Virus record (IMG/VR): IMGVR_UViG_3300002124_000007
Coordinates: 1 to 64,000 of that record
Length of the DNA: 64,000 nucleotides
From: an uncultured virus (IMG/VR IMGVR_UViG_3300002124_000007)
Taxonomy: Duplodnaviria; Heunggongvirae; Uroviricota; Caudoviricetes
Reading direction: 5' to 3' (one strand)
Shown: in pieces, positions 35,453 through 45,984 of the stretch
Numbering within the stretch: the stretch's first letter is position 1
Layout: each line of letters starts with the position of its first letter
Notes under the pieces: generated by a model
The model's database searches: none
What the model saw: the letters and a program-made list of their open reading frames with translations, nothing else
What the model was told of the DNA's origin: nothing
Translations under genes and position numbers: made by a program

Positions 35453-35484
35453 ATTATACCCGACTAAGATTAAAATTTCATGAG
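35453..35484 (-). promoter_or_regulatory. Promoter with 11-bp-period repeats
   Basis: Minus strand CTCAT(35484) TTAAT(35473), 10 bp, TATAAT(35458). Confidence 0.65.
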
Positions 35485-37620
35485 TTAGCGTTGGATGTTA
35501 ACGCCTTTGATACGAATACCAATAGTGCTTGATCCAGCATTTTGAGTCGTAACATATTGAAGGGAACTACCTGTCAGTTTCATTTCAGATGCAGGCAAGA
35601 AGAGTGTAGCAGATGCACCTGCATTTGCATTATTGAGCCTAACATTTATCTCACCAGCATTTACAGACGAAACTTCTGGCGGGAGAGTGTCTCCTATAGC
35701 TGCACTTAAATCTGCACTAGCTCCAAGAGTTACAGTTAATTGTGCTAGAAGACCATTAAATGCTCCCACAACAGGTATAAGATGGGTGATAGGTAAGGTG
35801 ACAGGCGTATCTGATGCTCCACCTAACAACACACGGAACGGAAATATTGTTGGAGATGTGGGAAGCCAGTTCATCTTCAATATATTTCCATGCACCGCAG
35901 ATGTAAACTTAAATAAAAATCCTCCCGCATCACAATAGACACTTCCCAAGTATCTCCGGCTGGTATCTCCTGTCTTTGTCCTAGCTGCCCCCGCATAGGG
36001 AGATGCTGGCAGGGTTGTGCTAATCTCTAAAGTAGGCCCCGAAGAATCATACAAATAAACATGCTGCCAACTTCCAGAGTTGTTGGTCGCTGTGGGCGTA
36101 AAACTTGCAGATAAAGTGCCTGGAACAACAAGAAGTCTTTCTGAAAATGGGATATAAGCATTTCCTGGTGATACAGATAAAGAACCAGATGTGAGATAAC
36201 TAATATTCAATCCGTCAATATAAGATGCGGGGAATGAATACATAGCCACATCTTCAACGGTCATCCTAACTGATTGAAAGGCTATACCTGCAACTCCCAA
36301 AATAAAATCTGTACCAGTAATGTTGGATTGGGGAGGAGCATTGATAGGAGAAACCGCCAACCCTGTAGCATTGAAGTATCCCCAATGAGTGGCCATTCCA
36401 TCAACTTGCAAGGCATTAGATTGTGCCAGGCTAGTAACAAACAAGTTGTCATAAATTCTAACCCGCCTATCTCCTGAGCCTGTGCCTGCGCCTATGATGT
36501 CGAAGTCATTATCATAAAGCTGGTATCCTACATAGCCTGCATTGAATACCTTGCCGACAACGTTTGCGCCAAACTCCAAAAACCCGTCTGTTCCAACAAG
36601 TCCCCAAGCCAATGAAGGCTCAGTTGTTAGAAATCCAGAGCTATTTGTCAGGGCGACTTTGTTGGGCAGTCCAATGGACGATCCGGTTAGATTGGAAACC
36701 CCTGCGCCAGATGAACCTGTAATGAATACTCTTGCTGTACCTCCCGCAAGAGTTACGCTTACGGGCGTGCCTACAAAGTTTAGAGTAGAAGCACTTCCCA
36801 GGCTCACGCCCTCATCTTGAATGGCGACGGTGCTTTCTACACCTGTAATATTATAATAATATTGTCTTACATCATAGATATTGTTCCACCCAATTGTATT
36901 GGTTCCCGTTACCATGCGTATTGCTGCCAAAGGAATGTGATCTAGATTTGGAACAGACGGAACATACGACATTATCTGCGCTGTTCCTGTAATACTTTCG
37001 GGGAAATAACTTCCACTTCCAACTACAAAATATGGATTGCCTGACACTGTGTCAAGATACACCAAGGCCATAACTGCCTGTGTCCCCGTTGCAGGTTTAT
37101 ACGGCGTAAGGTTTTGTGTCCCTGTATTTCCCACATACTTCCAAGTACCATTTATATTCTTTAAGGCATAGCCTGTCATCAACACGTTAGGCGCACCCAA
37201 TGTCCCTGACGGCGTAATTAGAGAGGGCATGAATTGTCTTCCATGCACCCAGACTATGTCTCCCCCACCACCTAAGGATGTGTCAAAAGAGTGAGTGCTT
37301 CCGTGACGAGGAAGATAAGATGCAAAACTATTCCAATCATTCTGGTAACGAATTGTATCTACACCAAGAACTACATAACGATTGTGCTTATACTCCACAA
37401 TAACAGGCAACCCATAAGAAGGAGCTACTTGATTGTTATAGGCCTGAATGACTTCGTTTTGATTATCACGAAGCTTTACATATACAAACGAGTTTCGATT
37501 AGGGACTTCGACAAGTCTTTGACCACCAATGGGAATACCGAGTGTACCAGAGATTTGTAGTTGTTTTTGTTGTGTAGATTTCTTTTGCTCTTTGAGAGCG
37601 TCTGTAAGCTGCTTGGTCAT
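35485..37620 (-). CDS. Tail fibre/receptor-binding protein
   Basis: Last tail gene; G/S/T-rich; IQDEG...TLNFVG and SRRYLGS motifs. Confidence 0.7.
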   Translation of the reverse strand: MTKQLTDALKEQKKSTQQKQLQISGTLGIPIGGQRLVEVPNRNSFVYVKLRDNQNEVIQAYNNQVAPSYGLPVIVEYKHNRYVVLGVDTIRYQNDWNSFASYLPRHGSTHSFDTSLGGGGDIVWVHGRQFMPSLITPSGTLGAPNVLMTGYALKNINGTWKYVGNTGTQNLTPYKPATGTQAVMALVYLDTVSGNPYFVVGSGSYFPESITGTAQIMSYVPSVPNLDHIPLAAIRMVTGTNTIGWNNIYDVRQYYYNITGVESTVAIQDEGVSLGSASTLNFVGTPVSVTLAGGTARVFITGSSGAGVSNLTGSSIGLPNKVALTNSSGFLTTEPSLAWGLVGTDGFLEFGANVVGKVFNAGYVGYQLYDNDFDIIGAGTGSGDRRVRIYDNLFVTSLAQSNALQVDGMATHWGYFNATGLAVSPINAPPQSNITGTDFILGVAGIAFQSVRMTVEDVAMYSFPASYIDGLNISYLTSGSLSVSPGNAYIPFSERLLVVPGTLSASFTPTATNNSGSWQHVYLYDSSGPTLEISTTLPASPYAGAARTKTGDTSRRYLGSVYCDAGGFLFKFTSAVHGNILKMNWLPTSPTIFPFRVLLGGASDTPVTLPITHLIPVVGAFNGLLAQLTVTLGASADLSAAIGDTLPPEVSSVNAGEINVRLNNANAGASATLFLPASEMKLTGSSLQYVTTQNAGSSTIGIRIKGVNIQR

Positions 37621-39986
37621 GCAGAAATCCTAAAGGCATTAACAGCAAAATTTATAGGATTACTTGTTACAACTCCATTAAGATCGCCGCATGAAACTTG
37701 AACGATATAACTTGGACTCATTGCTAAAATCATACCAACAGATTGGCTTACAGTAGTTCCCCCACTAACGGGGTCTTCTCGATCTTGTGCTGTTGCTCTC
37801 TGAACGCCCAAAACATCTATTGTTAATAAAAAATCTGAAAAAGTAGACTCTGCATCGTCAAAACTACATTGTGCCTGTATATAGTAGACACCCTCTGGAA
37901 AATCATCCAAAATAATTAAGTTAGGCGTTCGAGTCGCGCTTACAAAAATGGTGGATGGGTTTGCAACTAAACTAAAAGTGTTATCATACCATCCTACTCC
38001 GATGTAAGAATTCAGGAAGGAATTAATTTGAGTAGTAACAATTTGGCTAATTGTCCCTGTAGGAATAGAATAGGCAGGAATAGTAAGTGGAGGAATAGGT
38101 GGAATTTGTAAGCCGGGGACTTCAAAGCCCCCGCCTTCTGTATCTACAGGAGGGATAGTAATTGTTTCACCAGCTTCACCGTCCACCAACTCTTTAAATC
38201 CAATTCGGGGAAGCAAAATAAAATCTTGAGAGGTATATACCCAATCGAAATTATTAGGTATATATAGCTCATTGATGGCGAGATTTCTAACTGTATCGCT
38301 CGCAAGAATGCTCATCTGAACAGTCTCTTGTGGAGCAATATCCAGATTAGATGCATTGATTCCCATCTCCACGTCTATATTTGGAAATGGAGAATTTTTA
38401 TTGGCCAGAACATTTCCTGCTAGCTGATTTAATTGAGTCTGTCCAAGAAGTGCCAAGCCCTCATGCGTTTCCATTGCTCCATGAAACCCAGGCGCATTAC
38501 CAGGAGCCGACGCCAATAGAGCAGAGAATGTGCCAGTTACTACACCACTATAAGCAATCCCGCCCATCTCAATAAAGGCAACTTCTTCAGATAGTCTTTC
38601 TTCAATGGATGGCTCATTCATCCAATCTCGTTTTGTGAGCGTCATCACAGAAGGAAAAGATGTAGATGGCGTAGTATAGGCTTCGGCATTGACTTCCATC
38701 CACACTTTCCCCTGACGATCTGATACTACCTTACCCCATAGCGTCCCACGCATAAGATTGTCTATAGCATCATACATGCTCTCACGATCAGCATCAAAGA
38801 ATTGTATCTTTCGATCATCTCCCACAAATTGAAAGTCAGAGATGTTGAGCGCGGTAGTGTGCCACCGTAGATAGTGATAAATAGCCCTACGACAATCTAA
38901 ATCTAACAGTTCATACCATTTGGAAGGAGATGCTTTACTCTCTACGCTAACAGAAAAGCCGGAGGATTCACGCATCATCCCTGTAATGGAGTGAGCATCA
39001 AAAGTTATCTCGCTATGTTGATAGTCATAATTTATGGAGTCTCTATCCACATATCCGACCCAAAAGATGTCAGAGCCATTGGGATAATTTCCTCCCAAAC
39101 TTTGCCTCGTGCTACCATACCAATTCTCTCCATAGATGACCACTACAGCATGTTCTTGAATAGGGATATCCTCAAACACTTTGAAGGATGCTGTATATCC
39201 TCCCTCATCTCGTGAGCCATTCAAAGAAGTGAGTTGCCATTTTTGGATTGATGGATCAGATGCGTCATGAATACGAACAGTTCGATATGTGGTATCTATT
39301 GCCCCGTTAGAGCCAGAAACCGTTAGGCGAGTAATATAATTTCCTGGCGTGTTGTATGTCACATAGCCAGGATTTGCGGATGAAGACGATGAGGGAGTAC
39401 CCCCCTCAAATGCCCAATTGTAATTGAGCGAGTTTCCTAAAAGATTGTATGTGCCTGTAGATGAATAATAAAGTTGTGCCTGTCCACTTGCGGGATCAAG
39501 ATTTGCTGCTCGATGCGGCCCAATATTAACAAATGTACCAAGAATTGAATTTTGATTGGTATAAGCCACATCATAATCTTTATAAAAAATTACATTCTCA
39601 TCGTCGGCAGGGTCAGCAATGATGCGGGGAAAAACAGGCCACAGCTCAAAATAATAAAAGACAGTTAGAAATAAATTATCAGCCCATGCTATATTTGAAT
39701 TCTCAGAAACAGTAATCACAGACGATGTAGCAGAACGCACACGGATTTTGCCTACATCCATTGCTCCTGCGGTTGAGCCAATCCACATTGTTGCCCCTGC
39801 TCGAATATCCGTGAAACTTCCCAATGACACTGTGTCATAAGTAATTTCACGTTCCCCACGTGCGATGGATGCATCATTGATTCGGGCTTGAAAAACGATT
39901 TGTGGCTCAAAGATAGAGAGATATAATTTTGTTTGTTGTGGGCGTTTGCGTAAAGTTTCTAGGGCAACGCTGGATAATGTTGTCAT
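37617..39986 (-). CDS. Minor tail/hub protein with PKD-like domain
   Basis: YNWAFEGG...YNTPGNYITRLTV; position after the tape measure gene. Confidence 0.7.
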   Translation of the reverse strand: MTTLSSVALETLRKRPQQTKLYLSIFEPQIVFQARINDASIARGEREITYDTVSLGSFTDIRAGATMWIGSTAGAMDVGKIRVRSATSSVITVSENSNIAWADNLFLTVFYYFELWPVFPRIIADPADDENVIFYKDYDVAYTNQNSILGTFVNIGPHRAANLDPASGQAQLYYSSTGTYNLLGNSLNYNWAFEGGTPSSSSSANPGYVTYNTPGNYITRLTVSGSNGAIDTTYRTVRIHDASDPSIQKWQLTSLNGSRDEGGYTASFKVFEDIPIQEHAVVVIYGENWYGSTRQSLGGNYPNGSDIFWVGYVDRDSINYDYQHSEITFDAHSITGMMRESSGFSVSVESKASPSKWYELLDLDCRRAIYHYLRWHTTALNISDFQFVGDDRKIQFFDADRESMYDAIDNLMRGTLWGKVVSDRQGKVWMEVNAEAYTTPSTSFPSVMTLTKRDWMNEPSIEERLSEEVAFIEMGGIAYSGVVTGTFSALLASAPGNAPGFHGAMETHEGLALLGQTQLNQLAGNVLANKNSPFPNIDVEMGINASNLDIAPQETVQMSILASDTVRNLAINELYIPNNFDWVYTSQDFILLPRIGFKELVDGEAGETITIPPVDTEGGGFEVPGLQIPPIPPLTIPAYSIPTGTISQIVTTQINSFLNSYIGVGWYDNTFSLVANPSTIFVSATRTPNLIILDDFPEGVYYIQAQCSFDDAESTFSDFLLTIDVLGVQRATAQDREDPVSGGTTVSQSVGMILAMSPSYIVQVSCGDLNGVVTSNPINFAVNAFRISA

Positions 39987-40354
39987 GTAGTGTTCACATT
40001 CAAAACGATCAATCGAAGTTCTTCAATGAATCCCATAAAATAGCCCTGCATCTGCGGCTCTTCTAGAGTCGTGCCTGAATAGTTCTTGAAACGATAGTCC
40101 ACCTGTCCCCACTCAGGCAAGCAAGTTGTAACTGTTCCAGTATTCCCAACCAGATTATAGAAATTTATAATCTGTTGTGCGTTCTCGATAGAAATCAGAT
40201 TCCATGTCATCTCATAGGAACGATTTTGAGCATAAACAGGATGTGCGCCACCATCTATGCCATACTGTGTTCTCTCGACCCATCGGTGAGTAGTTGGATA
40301 TTGATTGAAGTTTGTGCCATTGAAGGCGAATGTTCCGCTGAGTCCTGTGGTCAT
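39983..40354 (-). CDS. Distal tail-like protein
   Basis: Directly after the tape measure gene. Confidence 0.55.
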   Translation of the reverse strand: MTTGLSGTFAFNGTNFNQYPTTHRWVERTQYGIDGGAHPVYAQNRSYEMTWNLISIENAQQIINFYNLVGNTGTVTTCLPEWGQVDYRFKNYSGTTLEEPQMQGYFMGFIEELRLIVLNVNTT

Positions 40355-42831
40355 TTTGTTTTGCTCACTCTGGTAAGTACATCGGCTACACCGTTCATAG
40401 ATTGCTCCACAATACGCCCCTCAAGGTCGGGAGAAAGGTCTACCGCAATTTTGATTTGCCCATTGACTCCGCCGCCCATACCTGAAGCGTCTCCAAATAT
40501 TTTATTGATGTTCTTCCCAATCCTATTCAAAGGAGTAAAGTTTACCAACTCTGGCCCACCTTCTCCAAACACGGCTTTTGTAGGACGTGTAGCAAGCAAA
40601 GAACCGCCTTCGGCAAATCCCATATTCCGACCACCCACTGTGCCTTGATTGGTAAGATTAGATATAGCAGTTTGAGATGCAAGCGGTACAGTATGCCCTC
40701 CCCCACCAATCCCGCCGCCGATTGACCCCATTGCTCCCATTGCAGCAGTAATCGCTCCTTGTGTAGAAGCAATCATACTGCTCATCATATATTGGTATAA
40801 GGAGTCAGTTAGACCACCAGGGCCAAAATATTTAAGTAAGATACCATAGACTTCTGCAGCATTGGCTTCTGTAATTTTCTTTTCGTCCATCCAGCCCTTG
40901 ATGAGCGTTTCCAATTTTCTTTGCATTGCCAATTCAATATCTGCTTGTTCGCGCTCATACCATTTTTGTAAATCTTCTTGCTCTCTTTGCTTGGCAATTC
41001 TTAGATCGGCAAGTTTTTGCTCATATTCCAATCTAGCATCAGCCAAACGTTCCTGCCGCCGTTGTTCGAGGTCTTCCAGTTCTGTACGCTGCCCCTGCTC
41101 ACGCTCTCTACCTTCCAACTCATGCTTACGTCTGAGAGCTTCTTTATCAAGTGCGTATTGTTTTTGTAGACGAAGAACCTGGCGAGCATCACGAGCATGA
41201 AGCGCATCGTCCAAATCCATGAGAAACTTTTGACGAAGCTCCCACAACGCAAGTTGGTATTTGGCTTCATCCTTTTCGTCTTCTTCTCTATGCCTGCGGC
41301 GCAGGTCTGCAACATCTCTCTCATAATCTCGATTGATATCTTCCTGTTTGCGAAGGAAATCTACTTCGGCATCGTTAGCCTTACGCCGATATTCTTCGTC
41401 TAAGTCGTTCAACTTGCGGGACAAGTTTTCAGAAAGGTCTTCACGAGCATCGGCAGTATCCGAAATGATGTCTTCAATTTTATCTTTAAGTTCTTCAAGA
41501 TTTGCTAAAGCCTCACCCGTATCTACTTCAGGAGTAATAACAGTAGGAGTATCTGCTATCTCGTCCAAGCCTTTGAATGATTCCATTACAGCATCAAAAT
41601 TCTCTTTGAAATTTTTTAGAAGATCGGCTCCTCCACCCAATTTAAAATATTGTGGAATATTACGCATAGTATCAACTAAAGCCACAGTTAAAGCTACCCA
41701 CCTTTGAATAATAGGTAATCCTGCTTCTAACAATGCAATAACAGTTCTTAAAGCTTGGGCAATTACTTCAAACCCCTGCCCAATTATAGGCCCAAACGCT
41801 TTTCCTAAAATAGTTAGGAAGTCATTCCACTGCTTATTAGCTTCTCCAATTTCTGCTGTAGCTGTCTGTAAAAATTTAGGAAGATTTTCTAATTCTTTAT
41901 TTCTATTCTCCTCCAATATTGCAATAATAGAAAGAGCAGTTATATGTTCTTTTTGAGCCGCATCCAAATCATTATAAGCATCTTTAGTTTCTATAAGGTT
42001 CAATTCTACGGCTTTTTCTTTAACTGCTAATTCAGTAATCTTTGCTCCAAGTTGATTGATTCCCTGTGTAACCTTTCCAGACAATAGCCCCGTTTCAACT
42101 TGAGACATGACTTCATCAAAAGATTTCCCCATAGCCATATTACGAACACTCAATAATGCTACCGATACAGAAAGACTTTCAATTTCTTTTTGTCCCAATC
42201 CCAATGCAGGAGCAACTTTTGTAGCAATAGATGAGACAAGTTCCTCTGCTTGTATCTGAGTTAATAAAGGGTTTATCTCTTGTAGTTTTTGAATAAGCTC
42301 ATCTAATCCCTTAGGAGTTATGTCTATTCCCTGTTCAGATAGTTTCTGNTCCGCATTGATTAAATTAAACATTGCGGTTTCCGCTTCTTTGAGATTATCT
42401 ATCATTGTGCGGAAAGTGTTTTGAATTGCTGCAATTAAATTGAAGATGAGCATAGAAACAAGCACACCCAAAGCAAGTCGCACAACATTAATTGCGCGAG
42501 TTGCTCGATTCATTCCAGCTTCCATTTTGGAGCCTGCATCATTCGTTTTTGATCCGGCATCAACTGCCCCCTTTCCAACTTCTTTCCATACCCTATCAGT
42601 ATCAGAACCAAATGTTTTAAAAGTTTGATCTATTTCTCCAAGTCTTTTTGCGGACTGTGTAGTTGTCATTCCAAATTGTCTTGAAAACTCGTTGGCTTTT
42701 GCTTTAGCAATCTCTATTTTTTGTGAAAATGTAGTTGCTTGCGTAGACAATTCTTTAAGACTTTTTATGGCCTCTATAGCTTGAATATAGATAGCATATT
42801 CAACAGAATCTTCATTTATCGGGGTTGGCAT
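40351..42831 (-). CDS. Tail tape measure protein
   Basis: Long helical/coiled-coil protein; FAEGG...GEGGPE C-terminal motif. Confidence 0.85.
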   Translation of the reverse strand: MPTPINEDSVEYAIYIQAIEAIKSLKELSTQATTFSQKIEIAKAKANEFSRQFGMTTTQSAKRLGEIDQTFKTFGSDTDRVWKEVGKGAVDAGSKTNDAGSKMEAGMNRATRAINVVRLALGVLVSMLIFNLIAAIQNTFRTMIDNLKEAETAMFNLINAXQKLSEQGIDITPKGLDELIQKLQEINPLLTQIQAEELVSSIATKVAPALGLGQKEIESLSVSVALLSVRNMAMGKSFDEVMSQVETGLLSGKVTQGINQLGAKITELAVKEKAVELNLIETKDAYNDLDAAQKEHITALSIIAILEENRNKELENLPKFLQTATAEIGEANKQWNDFLTILGKAFGPIIGQGFEVIAQALRTVIALLEAGLPIIQRWVALTVALVDTMRNIPQYFKLGGGADLLKNFKENFDAVMESFKGLDEIADTPTVITPEVDTGEALANLEELKDKIEDIISDTADAREDLSENLSRKLNDLDEEYRRKANDAEVDFLRKQEDINRDYERDVADLRRRHREEDEKDEAKYQLALWELRQKFLMDLDDALHARDARQVLRLQKQYALDKEALRRKHELEGREREQGQRTELEDLEQRRQERLADARLEYEQKLADLRIAKQREQEDLQKWYEREQADIELAMQRKLETLIKGWMDEKKITEANAAEVYGILLKYFGPGGLTDSLYQYMMSSMIASTQGAITAAMGAMGSIGGGIGGGGHTVPLASQTAISNLTNQGTVGGRNMGFAEGGSLLATRPTKAVFGEGGPELVNFTPLNRIGKNINKIFGDASGMGGGVNGQIKIAVDLSPDLEGRIVEQSMNGVADVLTRVSKTK

Positions 42832-43096
42832 ATAATCCTTCTAAAACATCTACAAACGCCAAAAAATCATTGTTGATAAGTCCTTTAGAGAACAACAATG
42901 CCACATCTAATGGATTATCAAATTTTGAATCTCCATACATAATCTGTATGGATTTTTTAATAGTGAAAGAATTGTTCATTTGCATAATATAAATAACTTC
43001 ATCAATAAGATAGGTATCTCTATCTTTCCTAATGCCAGACTTTAATGTATTATATAAATTCCACATCTCAAAAAGATTTAATTTTTTAGGCTTCAA
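42812..43096 (-). CDS. Hypothetical protein (tail chaperone position)
   Basis: Between the major tail and tape measure genes. Confidence 0.5.
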   Translation of the reverse strand: MKPKKLNLFEMWNLYNTLKSGIRKDRDTYLIDEVIYIMQMNNSFTIKKSIQIMYGDSKFDNPLDVALLFSKGLINNDFLAFVDVLEGLYANPDK

Positions 43097-43761
43097 TGTA
43101 GGATTTCCTTTGGCATCAAATCTTCAGGAAGCACTCCGTCTGCAATTACCACACCCATAGGCAACAAGGCTTTTGGAATAAGAGATTTCTTGATGGGCTG
43201 TATCTTTGTTCGCATCCAATGTGGGCGCGGCAGGGGAACAAATTTGCTTGTCTTGGAGTGCTTATCGTAATGGTATGCCACTTCTGACAGCCCATATTCA
43301 AATTCCCTACTCAACTGATCATCCACAATTATCTCTTGTATTTTAGCCAATGCCTCCTCTACTTGCAAGCATGAGATATATTCCAATTCCCATCCATAAG
43401 TTTTAGCCAATAGGTGTGAATATAGATGCCAGTTTCTTTCTGGATAATCCCATGATTCTTCTTTAGATGATTCGTTGGAAGGGGTTGTAATGGGTAATTT
43501 TACTTGTGGAGATTTAGAAAGGCAAAAATAAAAAGCCTCGATAATTAATGTCCAATCGGACTGATCGTACTGCTTGGAACTAACCCCCAAGAAGGCGGCA
43601 AGGTACTGAAACAACTCACTCGGAAAGTCGTTCCCACCTTCAACCGCCTTCACAATCTTTTCTTTTTGCGTTTCCAGCCTTATCCATTCCTTCAGTCTAG
43701 GCGATTTCCCCCTATTCCACCACATCAGGAAACGAAGTATTAAGTTGTGGAGAATTCTCAC
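43093..43761 (-). CDS. Putative tail assembly chaperone
   Basis: Position; HLLAKTYGWELEYI..L pattern typical of gpGT-like C-domains. Confidence 0.55.
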   Translation of the reverse strand: MRILHNLILRFLMWWNRGKSPRLKEWIRLETQKEKIVKAVEGGNDFPSELFQYLAAFLGVSSKQYDQSDWTLIIEAFYFCLSKSPQVKLPITTPSNESSKEESWDYPERNWHLYSHLLAKTYGWELEYISCLQVEEALAKIQEIIVDDQLSREFEYGLSEVAYHYDKHSKTSKFVPLPRPHWMRTKIQPIKKSLIPKALLPMGVVIADGVLPEDLMPKEILH

Positions 43762-43764
43762 ATC

Positions 43765-44397
43765 TTATGACAAGTCAGGGTCAAACCGCTTGATGACGCC
43801 AAAAATCTGATTGGCAGGCATTGTGTCTTTTGCATAGGCACGAATCTTGATGCCAGTCAATGTCCAAGGGCCGCCATAAACCGTATTCAAAGTCCAAGCA
43901 TCCACAAATTTTGCTCTATGCAAATGGAACAGGAGCCATCCTGCCGCGCTCTCGTCATACACCTTTGGCGCATACACATGGTAGAAGATGCTGTTGTTGA
44001 TTTGCGGAATACCCACAGTCTCAAATCCTGAGCCTGTAGATGGAGCAGACAGATTCATGACGTGACGAATAACTGCCAAGGGCAATTGTGAAAGAATTGT
44101 CAGTTGGAATTCTACATAATCCCGCTTCTGAATAGTGTCCTTGACGCCAATCGTATCACAACGAACATCATTCATCGTGATACCTTCAGTTAGAGACACG
44201 TCCTGCACACATCCAAGCAAATATGCGGGGTATGTAGTAGTTCCCGACAATCCCCAATAAAAAGTTTGGGCATCAGGATTGAACAACGGATTAGCTCTAT
44301 CATCCTGAAAATAAATATAGGGCGCACCTTCAAGGTACAATTCCTCCTGAAGGATTTCATTGCCAACTACTGATCCAGTTACTAACGAAGCCACCAT
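43765..44397 (-). CDS. Major tail tube protein
   Basis: Position, size, beta-rich composition, AGGAGG SD. Confidence 0.7.
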   Translation of the reverse strand: MVASLVTGSVVGNEILQEELYLEGAPYIYFQDDRANPLFNPDAQTFYWGLSGTTTYPAYLLGCVQDVSLTEGITMNDVRCDTIGVKDTIQKRDYVEFQLTILSQLPLAVIRHVMNLSAPSTGSGFETVGIPQINNSIFYHVYAPKVYDESAAGWLLFHLHRAKFVDAWTLNTVYGGPWTLTGIKIRAYAKDTMPANQIFGVIKRFDPDLS

Positions 44398-44409
44398 AAT
44401 AGCCTCCTA

Positions 44410-44691
44410 CTATGCTAATTGAAAAATTTTGTTCCGATCATGATTGCCACAACAAGTCTTTTTTCCTAGACGCTTGGCAAGCAATTCGGGAACATCTTGC
44501 TCATCTACCTCAACAATCGCTCCTGCTTTCATCCATTCATACTGTCTACCGCTTTCGCGCCCTGTATAATAGAGATGAGCATCAATTAGCGATTGAATTT
44601 TGACGTTATTATTAATTGTAACAGTGGGTGTAGTTTCTTCAACTATACGTTTTACACGCCCTGGCAGAATATCTTTACGGTTGTCAACCAT
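44410..44691 (-). CDS. Small Cys-motif protein
   Basis: VDEQDVPELL...KTCCG. Confidence 0.6.
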   Translation of the reverse strand: MVDNRKDILPGRVKRIVEETTPTVTINNNVKIQSLIDAHLYYTGRESGRQYEWMKAGAIVEVDEQDVPELLAKRLGKKTCCGNHDRNKIFQLA

Positions 44692-45047
44692 GCGAAAATG
44701 CTCCTTTCTGGCTTAGTAACTTCTCTCACAATAACTGTACTAAAATTGATTCCATTGGCTGTGAAAGGATGTCCATGATATAAATCAAAAATTATGCTGG
44801 CTATGTGAGAAGCCTGCTTGCTGGATTTCTCTGCGGAATAAACTTCCAAATCAACATCAGCATCATCCGGCCCACAGCGGTTGATGGATGGGCGAAAAGC
44901 TAAAGCCACACGCACATTGGGATATACCCAATCAGTCGATTGGTATTCCACTTCTCGTATCTCATCTCCCACCAAAGCTACAAGAGTTGTTCTAGTTTTT
45001 AGATTGGCAATCCAAGCTTCCTTGAATGTCTCCGGTGTAGCACTCAT
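44652..45047 (-). CDS. Tail terminator-like protein
   Basis: LVALVG...YP...EVYS pattern; position. Confidence 0.65.
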   Translation of the reverse strand: MSATPETFKEAWIANLKTRTTLVALVGDEIREVEYQSTDWVYPNVRVALAFRPSINRCGPDDADVDLEVYSAEKSSKQASHIASIIFDLYHGHPFTANGINFSTVIVREVTKPERSIFAWLTTVKIFCQGV

Positions 45048-45586
45048 CTAGTTTTCCTCCCAAAACTTTCTCGCAAATCTCCCACAATTGCATTTCGTAT
45101 TTCCAGAGATAAATCTGCTTTGGCTCTTTTGCGAAGTTCCTTCATGGCGGGAGCAATATAACCCTTTCCAGCATTTGCCGCTTGAATGCCTGGATGTTGT
45201 ACAGATGGAAGCAATACTCGACCATCAGGAGCAAACACAAAGCGTTCTGGATTAGCATTAGCCACGTCCCAATCAAAGGCAAGCACCTTTTTATTCTTAG
45301 GAAGAATTGGATACTTTTGTTTTGTTCCACGCCTAGCCCTAAGACCAGAGCCAAATTCCTGCGCTCGTGCATCACTACTTCCATAATTAGGATGTCCAGG
45401 GCCAGTAGGATTTGCAAATCTATCTGCAGTAGTCCTGATAATAAAAGTTCCATCCCCTTTATCTTCTACTTTGCTTGAAATATAAGGCTTGATATGGTCA
45501 GGAGCAAAAGACTTGGCAAGCAAAGTAAGCTGCCCCGCCCAAGCCCTTGCTCGTTTGATTAGGTTACTTTTTAGTCTAGCACTCAT
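45044..45586 (-). CDS. HK97 gp10-like neck/tail completion protein
   Basis: AKSFAP, QEFGS, ILPKNKKVLAF, VQHPG, YIAPA. Confidence 0.75.
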   Translation of the reverse strand: MSARLKSNLIKRARAWAGQLTLLAKSFAPDHIKPYISSKVEDKGDGTFIIRTTADRFANPTGPGHPNYGSSDARAQEFGSGLRARRGTKQKYPILPKNKKVLAFDWDVANANPERFVFAPDGRVLLPSVQHPGIQAANAGKGYIAPAMKELRKRAKADLSLEIRNAIVGDLRESFGRKTR

Positions 45587-45984
45587 TGTAGATTGTTTGG
45601 ATTAGCTGTCTCAAGCCTGCGAAGTGTCACTTGTAAGAACCGTCTATCATCGTTATACGAGACAGGGCGAATTCCTATAATGACAAACTTCTTGCCATAA
45701 TATCCAGAGATGGGAGGATGTGTCACCTCGTACTGATCGTTGTGCAAAACATCGAACGAGCCAGTAGGAGAATATGTAGCATAAGAAAATGTGGCCGTAA
45801 ATATTTCTGGCGTCTCCAAGCCCTGCTCAAGCAGAGCAAGTGTGGGCTTTTCTGATCGGATACGTGACCAGACAGGCTCATATAAAATTGTACCTGTAGG
45901 AACTGCGCCTCCTACAGAATCATCGGCAGGGGTTGTTAGCCGCCAAATCCTTCCTTTAAGGTTTAATCCCGCAATATTTGTCAT
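45583..45984 (-). CDS. Head closure-like protein
   Basis: DDSVGG motif; position. Confidence 0.6.
   Translation of the reverse strand: MTNIAGLNLKGRIWRLTTPADDSVGGAVPTGTILYEPVWSRIRSEKPTLALLEQGLETPEIFTATFSYATYSPTGSFDVLHNDQYEVTHPPISGYYGKKFVIIGIRPVSYNDDRRFLQVTLRRLETANPNNLQ

Noticed and set aside
13505..42349. Ambiguous bases at 13505 and 42349
   Set aside because: Single Ns that keep the frame; assembly ambiguity, not evidence of hypervariability or a diversity-generating retroelement (no reverse transcriptase seen).
42812..43761. Programmed frameshift between tail chaperone ORFs
   Set aside because: No clear XXXYYYZ slippery site near the junction; the ORFs have an ordinary ATGA overlap.
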